A stretch of 64,000 nt of DNA from Pocillopora damicornis (Eukaryota): assembly GCF_003704095.1 (NCBI RefSeq), contig NW_020845387.1, forward strand, positions 186,001-250,000, read 5' to 3'. The notes beneath the pieces are model-generated. The model was not told the origin of the DNA and ran no database searches. It worked only from the letters and a program-made list of their open reading frames with translations. Position 1 is the first letter of the stretch. Each line of letters begins with the position of its first letter. The translations under genes and the position numbers were made by a program. This document shows positions 12,686-24,195 of the stretch, one piece after another.

Positions 12686-15600
12686 TCACTTTGTCATCAA
12701 AAATCGGAATTCTGCAAAGAAAAAAAAGAAGAACAATGATACAGTTCGTGTCGAAGAAAATAAAAAAACTTATTGTTTGGATATGCTGGACATAAATATA
12801 AATTTATATTTATTGGATACGCTGGATATAATTTTTTTTCCAAATGGACATAAATGTTTTTGTAAACCGTTAGCTGATGAGATGATGTTAATTTTTTAGC
12901 GATGATCCGCTGTAGCAAGCCTTAGTTTCGTCATTCAAGCATCAGGAAAGAAGGAGCCCCTTCCTGTTTGAGCAAACCTCTTAGTAAAAACCCCACTCGC
13001 GTTGCCATGTTAATGAGAGAACTTAACACAAGAACAGTGAAAATTCAAAATTTGTGCGCAGACTCTAATAAGGAGCATCTGAATTATTTTCAAAAGGACA
13101 GGTGTTCGGAGCAATTTTTAATCGAGGGTCGAAAGCAATCCGGGATTGTTTTCGTTTTGCTTTTCTTGGTTATGTGATTGGTCCAGAAAACTCGAGCTTC
13201 TTTCTTAACCAATCAGATTTAGAACTGAAGCCAACCTGACTTGGTCACTCGCGTTTTCCCGCGCTTCAGTCAGTTTGCCTGTTTTTCCTTCGAGTTCTCG
13301 TTAGTCCCTGGCGATATTTTCCTTGCTATACCGGTTAGCTGTTGTGATTTTTTTAGTTTTAGTTCAAGGACACTCATTCAAAGAGAACTCTATAAGTGCG
13401 AGTTAATGTTGATTTATTCACAAACAATGATAAGTATAACATTTACCTTCGTAATCAATTTGTCCATCACCATTAAGATCTGCCTCTCTCATCATTTCAT
13501 CCAGTTCTTCATCTGTTAGTTTCTCCCCCAGATTCATCATAATTTGTCGTAACTCATGCGAACTAATCAGACCGTTTCCATCTTTGTCAAACACCCTGAA
13601 AGCGTCTCTGATTTCCTCCTCTGTATCATATGTTGTAATTTTTTTGGACATCATTTGAAGAAACTCTTCAAAGTCTATCTCACCATTTCCTATCAACGAA
13701 TATAGCAACAATAAGATGGCATTAGATAGATTGCAAAGAGCAGAACCTTTTAACCTGATAAATTCCAAAACAATTTTTTTTTATTTCGTAGCGGTCCTCT
13801 ATACGTATACTTAATTGACCACCTCCCCAATGGGAATTTTCAGGGCCAGTAAGAACCAACTGAAACATTCTGCATAAACAAAGTGTTAAAAAACTCCAAA
13901 TGGCAGGAGATAGACCAGTTGGTTACACATATACAAAGGGCAGCCAAAGGTTGATTTCGGTATGACCGGGAAGAAATCCAGTAAGTAGCAGAGTGCAAAG
14001 CTCGAACCGGGGACCACCAGAGACAAGCCAAGCGCTCATACCATTCGGCCACATTGCCTCAATCTTCATGCCATTATCGTCAGATTCATCCGAGAATTCC
14101 CGATTCGTTGTCGGTATTCATCTTTATTTGACTGGCTCCTAACTTAAAGATCGACTCAGATCTCACTGACTATCTATCATAAAGTGACAGCGAAGACATG
14201 GGGCCCAATTCGCTTTGTGACTAAAGCATCTGTTCTCGTAGCTCAGTGAGCAATTTTCTTTTAATGTAATACAAGATAATAGTAAAACACAAACCGTCTT
14301 CATCTACATCAGCGATCATTTCTTTGAGCTCGTCTTCAGTTGGATTTTGTCCCAGGGATCTCATGACAGCCGCCAGTTCAGACGATGAAATTGATCCACC
14401 GCCATCTTTGTCGAATAAGGAAAACGCCTCTCGGAGTTCTACGGAAAATAGCATTTGTGCATTTGAGCCATGTTGGTATATTCATTTAGGTTTTCCTTCA
14501 AATAAGTGAGTGTTAAGGGTGCCCTAACAGTTGTCATGTTCTTTACTTCGTTGTCAGTGCTCAAACGAAAAAGTTTTAGCGTTTATAGAGAAATTCTATG
14601 GTGTAATCTGATAGTTCTAATGAGGATAAAGTTGAAAAGAACTGCTGTCAGTATCAACGACTACTGACTTGACAATCTGAACGGTAGTCATCATCCTTTT
14701 CAATTGAGGAGTTGATCGTCAGTCGGCAGTTGCAAGTCTGGTTCGTGAAATCTGATAGATTAGTTTTTCCGTGATGTTATTGGCTGTGGGACTCGGGTAA
14801 TGTGGGTCAGTTGTGACAAGTGAGTCTTTTTTCACGCGTACGATCAGAACATACAATCAACAATTACACCTGGGTTCAAAAAATACTGCGCAGTCAAAGT
14901 TATCACGATTGTAGAACTAGAGTATATGATGGACTTTAAAAAAATTAGTGCTCAAAAGCATCATAAACTCGATTGAGAAGCATTAAGGCACAAAAATTCG
15001 GATCCAGATCCCGCGCTGGGCCATAACAACGAGGGGTGTAAACCCTCAGCGATTTTGCAGTAGTTAATTTAATTCAGTGACTGTCTCATCTAGAAATTCT
15101 TGCACCAGGGTATCGATAGACGTAGATATATATTTTCAAAAAATGGTAGCAGCTGAAAGACAAAAGTTTGAAATGGGGAGCTTTGAGCAAATAGCAAGTC
15201 CAGCGATTCGAATTCTGGTTCTGTAAGATACATTTTCGTTAGAAACTAGCTGTAGCCGTTCGTTTAACTTCCAATGATCTTTACTTTGTCATAAGGATAA
15301 GATGGCAGACATATTTAAATCATTGACAGACGGCATTTGTTAATCAATTCATCAGCGATTCATCACAGCCATTAGAAAAATATATCTTAGAAAAAACAAT
15401 CGGACTTGTAGAAACGGCAGACTCAAACGTGAAGTACATGTTTGTCTCTGCCTCCCACCAAATTGAGTCATGAACTCTATGAACATTTCAAGTTTCTCTG
15501 TTTCTAAGTTTTTTTCCTCTTGTCTTTGTTGTAGTGCAAACAAATTGTTCGAAAGTTCAGTACAACTGGGCTTAATCTTCGGCTTCGAACATGACTAAGT

Positions 15601-18600
15601 GAATGACTCCATTAATCTTCGATGGAATAAAACCTTGATCGCAAATTGTTAATCAGAGCAACAAGCCTGTAAACCTTACCAGCAATTTGGGGTGGATTTG
15701 CTCCTTCATAGTTAGCCTTAGAGGACTGTTTACTCATTTTCGTCCCTCCCTCAGAATTCCTTGGATACGCGAAGTGTTATGGCATGCTTACCTTTCATCA
15801 AAAGCCTTAAATCAAAATAACTCAACACCCTCCAAATTTCGTTAAAAATTCAGTAGCTTCTTATGCTCAAGTGACATAAACCTGCGGTAAATAAATCACG
15901 TTGGATTGTTTGGAAGTTTTGTTGGTTCGCGGCGTGATAACTAGAACGTACGCCCATTTTATATTATGTGGGCAAGGTAATAACAAGGGGCTATTCAATA
16001 AATGTATTCAAGGCAAGCACGTCTTTTTAATGCAATATACGTCTAGAAGTGTCCTAATTTAATCGGAAAAAAGAAACAGTGAATCCTCGATGTGTTTCCT
16101 TGGTGTAAAACAACATGATTATTCAGGTGTTTGTTTGCCAGGAGCAGTCATTTACATCCTACGACTAATTCTCTTACATTCAGCGTCAAAATGGTTGAAC
16201 AGTTCAGGACTAAACTGGAACAATGAAATACAGAGAAACTAAGGTATAATTATAGTTTTACATACTGTTATGACAAAATTGCAAAGGTCATCGCATAGGT
16301 CATTCGCTTCAAAACAAAACGCAAATGTGGCGTAAAACCCGCACTTGTTACGGTTGATAACTGACATCTCACTTAATAAGAGGAACTCAGTAATTATTCA
16401 TGATACCTTGCTGTTTATCGGCAGGACAACTGAAGTTACCGAATCTTGCCCATTCAGGCTGTGAAGCGAAGGCGTGTATAGGCGGGAACATGTCTTCTCC
16501 TTAGTAAATTGTCCATAAAGAGTCAGTGCACAGTAACTGGGAAAGATGGGTTGAAAGAGTTGATCGCAGTTTTTCCTGTTTAATCGTTTGACAAAGGTAA
16601 GGTTATGTCCCGTATTGAACGCCATGTGAATCTAAGGCTGCATGCCCGTGTTCAGGCTCTAGTAAATTTGCGCATATTTACTAATTTATTATTTGGAGTA
16701 ATGTTGACTACTGGCTCCTATTCTAGTTCAAGGTGCTAAGAAAAAGTTTGACTTTATAATTAAATGAATGTTTAGACCACAACGATCCCTGTTGGTCACT
16801 TTTCTTTTAATTCCCTCGTCAGTTTGCAGACAATTTAGCCTTAAGTGAGTCAAAATGTTTTCTATGGTATATAAAGTGTTGTGTAGTTTTGACAGAGACA
16901 ACTAAAAGGGGAGGTAGAATCGCCCCCAATCCCAACAGCTTGTATTCCTTGTATGAAGACTAACGAAAAGAACGGATAAGAAGTAAGAGAACTCATTAAT
17001 TGTTCTACATGTTTATTTTGATAAAGCCAATCTATTCGATGGCGCTAAGAAATTATTTTTTTTTTACCTGAAAACAAAATTTTATTATTTTGGTTCTTCG
17101 GCAAGAAATGAAATTTAGGATTACACTCGAGATTCCTTGTTTTGTATTATTTGTTCCAGTGTATTCAGAAACTTTTGCTCTTACCCACATCAAACCTTTC
17201 GTGTGACTTTTGAAGGTAAAATAAAATAACATGAATGATGAATAGTAAAATCCGCAGGTAGTTTTGGGAAAAGCTATAGGTATAATGACGTTGTAAATTT
17301 TTTAACAAAATAATAACATCGCACCAAGATAGCATCAAGCCTCAAAACAATCTTGTTATATTTTCAGAATAAGAGAAACATTTTCGTCCCATATTTCAGG
17401 AGGACACTCACTAGCTTTAAACACATCCTTCGGTCATAGTTTTAAGCTAATCTATCTCTTGGAAACTTTTGTTGCAGTTTCCATGTACCACTACAATCCA
17501 GACGAACGCATTGGTTGAATGTAAAAGTGGGTACAGAGAGTGGAACGGTAAAGATAATAAGACGAAACCTCGGTTTATTTTTGGCACGAATAAGCTCCCC
17601 TACGTTTCCACGACAAATTACATTATATCCCATGCCACCATGTATTGAATTACTACTATTGTGCGAAGGATCAGCGCCAAGAAATCATGCACAGTGAACG
17701 CTTTATCATATCAATCGCTTGTAATTTATTTTCGCACTGAACTAGATCCCGCGTGTTAATTCTTTTGTTTACAACATATCATGATTTACCAAGTTAATTT
17801 CTATTTCTATTTTAATTTTGAAACACAGCTTTAACCAACAGTGGTTAACTGTAAGGTCTTCTTGTTCCGTAGAAGATAGCGGGGTAAAACTGAGCCACAA
17901 ATCGATTCTATTTTTAGAGTTTGTAAAGCTGGCGTTCTGAATAATTAAGATTGTGTCCACGGATCATGTGCTGTACGAGAGCACCTCACATGATAAAAGC
18001 TGGCGGCAGGTGTAGTATATATTGTTTCTATAAACATCAAACTCGAGATATTTTGCATACAATCCAGTTTCTACGCACTGAAGTACTTCGAGAATTTGCT
18101 ATCTAAATACCTTGTTTTGTATTTGAGCGCATTCCCTATTAAAGAAATGCCGCCGAACATAACCACCTACTACTGTCATCTTTACCTCTTTTATCGCTTG
18201 AAAATAAATAAAGATCTCGTTTCTTCATGACAAAGAGTAGAAAAGCTTTGCTGCATGGCTTTGACGGCAAATGGAAAGTTTATTCCATCACCTATTAAGC
18301 GCGTGTTACCGTGGTTCATTCTTAACTTCAGGTTGTTACGTGCTTACCAAAAACACGATTAGCATCACAAAGTTTAGTTTCCATTCGCAATACCGTTTCG
18401 TTTCATCCGTCCGAGACAAAGAACCACAGCTCCGACTATGACAACATTCATTGTCGATTAATATGCTAAGGAAAATGTTGCTGGTGACCAAAATCCTCAG
18501 AATCAACAACAAAACAGTGACCACAGCTACTTCTAGAACTTACCAGCAACTTGCTCCTCGGAGAGCCGTTTTTCCGGTTTCTGTGGACATAAAAATCAAA

Positions 18601-18791
18601 CAAAAAGAACTTACGCACTAGTAGGACGGCTCCAAAACATAGATAAATTATTAGAACTCCCCCAGCTTTCGTCTGAAATAATTCTGTGGTTTTTACACGT
18701 CGTAAAACAAACAGGTTTTTCCCTGAAAGCCAGATAAAGAAATGATGAGTGGAGAGGTTACCTCTATCGATTTATTCGGCATAGCGTTCAT
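12686..18791 (-). CDS. Calmodulin-like protein A (4 EF-hands, about 156-159 aa) with alternative N-terminal exons
   Basis: Common exons 14438-14295, 13689-13447 and 12711-12686 (EFRFLMTK*, strong polypyrimidine acceptor). N-terminus 1: 18791/18782-18762 plus 18580-18544 (MPNKSIE|[12 protein letters not shown]). N-terminus 2: 15737-15680 ([19 protein letters not shown]). EF loops: [48 protein letters not shown]. Confidence 0.9.
13115..13375. repeat. Dispersed non-autonomous repeat (CCAAT-rich family), copy 1
   Basis: gattggtc...aaccaatcagat...cgcgttttcccgcgct aligns with the reverse complement of 50070-50290. Confidence 0.65.
13800..14059 (-). mobile_element. tRNA-derived SINE in an intron of calmodulin-like A
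   Basis: Minus strand: A-box TGGCCGAATGG (14051-14041), B-box GGTTCGAG (14009-14002), then about 200 bp of non-tRNA body ending in a short TATACGTAT tail. Confidence 0.7.
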
Positions 18792-19587
18792 TGGCGTAAG
18801 GAGTTTAACTCGACGAACGAACCATTCTAAAGGAATATTGTTTACTATTGTTTTTGCTAGCTCATGTTCTCGCTCAGTTGATAGGGGTCTAGGACTGACT
18901 AATGTTTCGAAAAGATAAATAATTTATAGTTTCCATTTGTGTTCATAACTTCGTAATATCAAATGAAAGCCATGCGTCATTAATTTAAATTAATACACGA
19001 ACTCAGCCACGTTGACAGATAAACGAGTGGAGGGAAAAAACGCACAAAATTTTTAATAATCTGATCTGACGTACGATTTTTTCAAAGAATTATCGTGACG
19101 AGCCAACATCGATATTTCTACTTGCAACCTGTATTGAAAAACCTGGCTCATATCAAACTGGTTTTCAGTAAGTCAGTGTAATTAAAAAGTAAGAGCTTAA
19201 TGGCCAGCGCCGACAAAAACACCATGATATCGAATGAATTCAGAAGTGAACGAAAATTAACCAACAGGTGGGTTTTTAGAGAGGAATATTTAAATTTTAT
19301 TACGTTCACCTTGAAAAAAAAAAAAGATTATTTTAGTTCAAGGTATAAGTTTTTCCATTGCTGCATTTTGCTTGTAAGAGAAAGAATTCGATACAAGGAT
19401 GAAGGGTTCAAGGTTTATTATGACAGGAAGTACTAATTCTCACTAATTGTATTATTATGTTATTACAAGTCATTACATCGAATCAAGATACAACCTGAAG
19501 AGAGCGAGGTCTGGAACTATTATGAGCCAGCAATAAATGATTACAACATGACTGATACATCACGTACCTAGTAAACTTTGTCTGAAA

Positions 19588-22473
19588 ATGACGGCGAAGG
19601 AACTTAAAACTTTGGTCACTTTTCTGATGTTTCATCTCTGTTTGTCCCTTAATGACTCAATTCATGGAACTCCTAATATAATTATCTTTCTGACTGAAAG
19701 TCTCTCTATGAAAGATCTGGGTTTTTACTACGATAACTCCCAAGAAACTCCAAACATAGACAGCTTGATCGAGGAAGGAGTTGTGTTTTCGCGCTTTTAC
19801 GCCCAGTCGTCAAGGATTGCCTCTCTTTCATCTCTGTTAACAGGATTGTTGCCACCTAGAACTGGAATCATCAAGAGTAAGTTTCTGAATTTCAAAGAAA
19901 TTCCGTCTTTAGCTTCTTCAGGAGGCTTACAGCACGCAGAAATAACTCTAGCGGAAGATTTGAAAGCTAAGGGCTACACAACAAGTTTTGTGGGTTTATG
20001 GGGATTAGGAATTGGTAGAAATGCTGAATATTTACCTCTCAATCACGGATTCGACTCCTGGTACGGCGTGGCGTCTGCAAACAAAGAACCTTGCATGGAA
20101 AGTTACAAGACAACATCTGATTCACTGTACACATGGCAGTCTGTCTGTGCGTTTTTCAGTCCTTTACTGTACATTCTTCCATTTGTTAGTTTTGTCGGTT
20201 GGTACAAAGGCCTTGGTAACATAGTCACTGTTATCATAGTTATTATCGCTTTTATCATATACAGCAGTATTCTTCATGATGTTATACACTTCACAATGGA
20301 TTTTATCCAAGTTAAAAGCTGTGTTCTGTATAGAAACAGCAATATCATAGAACAGCCATACACTGTCGAAAACTTGACCTTACGGTTTACAAGGAATGCT
20401 GTGCAATTTTTGGAGTCTTCATCAATTTCTTCCAAACCTTTTCTTCTATTTTTCAGTTTCATGAACCTTAATCAACCAGAATTTGCTTCAAGGCTATTTT
20501 CTAACTCATCACAAAGTACTTATTCTGATGCCCTTAAGGAGCTTGACTGGAGTGTTGGAAGGATATTGAGAGTGTTAAAGAAGCAGGATCTAGAAAATAA
20601 TACATTAGTTCTATTTTTATCAGCCACTGGTCATCATGTTCATAAAGCTTCTGAAAGTTGTAGTGTGGTTGAAAATGGTGAAAGAGAAGCCTCATGTCTG
20701 CAAGGTGAGACTGATCATTCCTTTATTTTAACACCATTTTATTACAGAAACTATTTGCTCTGATTTTATGAGTAGATAGCTAATTGTATGAATGGGTAAC
20801 ATGAAGTGAATCCTGTATTTTGATTGACTCCTGGACTCGTTGCCTCTATTAATCCTTTGAAAGAAAAAGGTGTTCATGGTACCAGTACATACTTCACAGC
20901 TTTAGTGAGGATATTTTTTTTAAGAGGAAACAATTCTCCAGCAATGTGACAACACATTTTGATATAGAAATACCAATAGCAAAAGCACAAGATAATTTTT
21001 TAGATACTGGGAATAGATATTATTCAATTGTAGTTTCTTATGAGTGTACTGAGTTCTAGGTTGACTTCACATCCAAAATTTTTTTTCTCGAAACTTGCTA
21101 TTTTGTTGTGAAATTTTCCATAATCAAGGGTTTTTTTTTTTTCTTATTTTGCTTTTTTTCATGCAAGACTATTGTGTACCTGTTATCAGTGACTGTTTTT
21201 ATGTTGAGGAAGAAAAGAAATGATTACTGGTATATTCTCATTAAGGTGGCAGTGTAAATGGAATTTGGGAACAAACCATTCGTGTTCCAGCAGTGATGAG
21301 ATGGAAAGGAAAACTTAAAGAAAAACAAATAATCAAGACTCCTGTGACAATAATGGATGTTGTTCCAACAGTGCTGGAGTTGCTCAATGAAAGTACTGAA
21401 GCTGTGTATTTAGATGGCAAAAGTTTGTTACCAGTCTTACTTAACTCATCAGCAGAATTTAAGCATAAGTACATTTTCCATTACCTGGATGTCACCAAGC
21501 CAGCTGCAATAACATCAGGATCTTATAAAGTTTTGTATACAGGAGTTAAAGGTAATTATGGAGTCTGAATCATCCCACATTAATTAATCTGTGCTTACTT
21601 GCTATCCTCCTCTATCTAACTTGTAGTTTAAGAGTCATTTAGCAGTTTCTATTCTGACCAGTATTTCCCTCTACATGTCCTCTTAATGACTTATGAAGGT
21701 ATGCCCTTTCCTCATGGGTCTGCATTTTTGTTGACTGCATTTTATGCTGTTTGGTTGCATGTAATAAGTTTACCTGCTTAGAGCTTTTCTATTCTGTTGT
21801 CTCCCCTGTGGATGAAGTCTTGTGTTTCTTAACCTTACCTATGTAGTGGTGTGGGTCGATGAACTTTTTATGGTTCCAAATGGAAAGATGTTGTATTTCA
21901 TTGGCATGGTCTGAAGCTATTATTTTTAGTGTTTTCAAACTGAATGTCTCTGTCATCAAAGAATGATAAAACAAGAAAGTGGCATTCAACTTGGCAAACC
22001 TTAAACTTAATCTGGTTCCAAACGAAAAGATGTTTAATTTCATTGGCATGGTCTGCAACTATGATAAAACATGAAAGAGGTGAACAACTTGGCAAACCTT
22101 AAAACTCACAAGTGCAGCAGTGTAAAGGTTGGGATTTACAATTAAAGTAAGAGAGACAAATGATTGAATGCTCACTTGTCTTCCCCTTTCTTTCTTCCAC
22201 CTAGATAGCAGAAACTTACAGTTTCATGAACCTCCACTACTGTTCAATGTTGAGGTTGACCCAGAGGAGACTTCACCTTTACCAAATGTTGAACACAGAG
22301 AACTGTTGGCAAACTTTTCAGATGCTTTGGCTGAGCACATGAAAACAAGAAAAAACAAATGGCATTCACAACTGGACAGCAGAATCATTCCTTTCTTGTT
22401 TCCTTGTGCAAATTTTCCACGCTGTTTCCAAGCTTCAGATGAAAACAATGACTTCTCAGAGTTATTTAATTAA
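19588..22473 (+). CDS. Steryl-sulfatase/arylsulfatase-fold membrane protein, predicted catalytically inactive (563 aa)
   Basis: Exons 19588-20704, 21246-21551, 22205-22473 (GT-AG, phase 1/1). Signal peptide, PNIIIFL, TPNIDSL, EITLAEDLKAKGYTT, PLNHGFD, an STS-type hydrophobic hairpin, ELDWSVGRIL, IRVP, MDVVPT, LDGKSL, HEPPLLFN..DPEE. No CxPxR signature. Confidence 0.88.
21872..22103 (+). repeat. Imperfect tandem duplication in sulfatase intron 2
   Basis: ggttccaaa..aaagatgtt..atttcattggcatggtctg and atgataaaaca..caacttggcaaaccttaaa each occur twice. Confidence 0.75.
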
Positions 22474-23398
22474 CTTATTTTTTCATAACTGTTGGTGAAA
22501 GGTTAGTCTTTTACTGACTTGCACCAAGTTTTATCTACTTTGAATATTAATGGAGGAAGCCCACGAGCAGTGTGCATTGAGAATCATGAGGAGGGGAAAC
22601 AAAAGTATGACCAGTTACTCCTCTTCCTTCCCATTGCCCCCTTTGTAATGGTAATAATAGGTTCTTGCAACCCTGCAGTCAGGTATTGGTAAGGGGTAAC
22701 TAGGAAGGGGTGAGGGTAAATTATATACTTGACAAGTAGCCTTCAGCCATTCTCAATGTTGTCTAACATTCCAGTTACACATTACTGCTGTGGAAGCTTA
22801 CCAGACCTCTACTTCTGATGGTCAGCATGTCAACTATTATACCTCTGTGCCTTTCAGAATATATGAATGAAAAAACTTCTGACTCTCAGTATGTTTTGAA
22901 GGAGCCCTAAAACTTCAACTAACAAACTGTTCAAAAATTTTACTTATTGCAAGCATTACACTTTGAATTGAACAAAGACATCACTAATAAACTAGTTTTT
23001 TTCAACAAACAAGACTATTATTTGCATGTGATTAAGTATCATTAAAAGGAAGTGATGTAACAAAGTACATTGTAACAGAAATTGAACCTCATTACTTAAT
23101 AGTTGCTAAATTATCAATATATGCTTAATTCTTTGACTGGCAATAAATCAAAAGTCCCCATTCTTGACCTTAATTTCATAATTTGATAACAATTATTAAT
23201 AAAGAAAATAAGAATGAATCATTCATATGCTGCATCATTATGAGACAGTTTACAATTTAATATTCTTTTATACTGGTGTCATGGAAAGAGCTCTTAAAAA
23301 TATCTGCTCACTATAAATATTTCTGATAATTGATTTAATTATTTATCCTCATTTTCAGTAAATAAGGTTACCCGAAAATTAGTAAAATGCAACTTCAG

Positions 23399-23560
23399 TA
23401 ACTCTTTAACTCCCATGATCTGATTATTTATTCTCCCTTCTAGCTGCAACTCGATTACTTGTAAAAGAGTTCTGAGAATTAGGTGTTAGATTAAGACAAC
23501 AACTTCTACCTCAACGATGTATGGATATTATAGGAAAAAGTACATGCCTGTTATTTCTAG
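23399..23560 (+). mobile_element. Decayed copy of the piggyBac-like MITE at 29073-29271
   Basis: taactctttaactccca..ctgatt..attctcc..tctagct..acaacttcta is co-linear with 29070-29180. Confidence 0.6.
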
Positions 23561-23734
23561 TATGTACCACACAGGTGAAGAATGCTTTTTGTGCACTTAT
23601 GGGCTTGTTCAGAAGTGATTAGCCAGCAGTACTCAACTCCATGCAGCTAAAGAGATAAAATTGTTCTTCAAAAATTTCATTATTTTCCATTTATTGGTAT
23701 ATTGACAGGAATAAACTAATTTTTTGGTTTCTGT

Positions 23735-23858
23735 GTGGTATATACTAAAACAATTATTCACCTCAGTGTAGGTGAAAGTGGTGGACATTTACCTTGCCAC
23801 GAAGCAGCTAAGTAATGTTCACCACTATTCACTTCCACTTCTCTGAGTAGTAGTTAAT
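23735..23858. repeat. Imperfect palindromic repeat
   Basis: gtggtggacattta...taatgttcaccac arms around a short loop, flanked by aattattca / tagttaatt. Confidence 0.45.
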
Positions 23859-24195
23859 TGTTTATTCTGTTTTATTATACCCCTTAGAGTTATGAGTCTG
23901 AATCATTTTTGTAGCACTTTGAAATTCAGGCGAATTTTTCTGGAAGGCAAGTACATCTAGATTGAACTACTAACTACTTAAGATTTCAACTGGTCTTACA
24001 AAATTTTGACATGCCATAGCATTTGTAGGTAAAACACCATTCTGGAAAAATGAAATATGATCTTTACAGTTCTTGCATTGACACAATTCCAGCAACATGT
24101 TCAACAATTAATGGTCACATGACAAACTGTTTCAAAAGCCTTTTTCGTTTTGTATTTGAGGACAAAATCAATGTTCATCTCACTCAAATGTGGCT

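Noticed and set aside
14636-14880. Possible second Penelope-like LTR remnant (weak similarity to 63870-63935)
   Set aside because: Too degenerate to support from this window alone; no ribozyme core remains.
3389-18791. A single 8-EF-hand 'double calmodulin' made by splicing donor 13447 to acceptor 8944 (phases are compatible)
   Set aside because: Gene A has its own strong terminal exon (12711-12686) and gene B has its own ATG, exon 2 and upstream CRE. Two genes is the simpler reading; rare read-through is not excluded.
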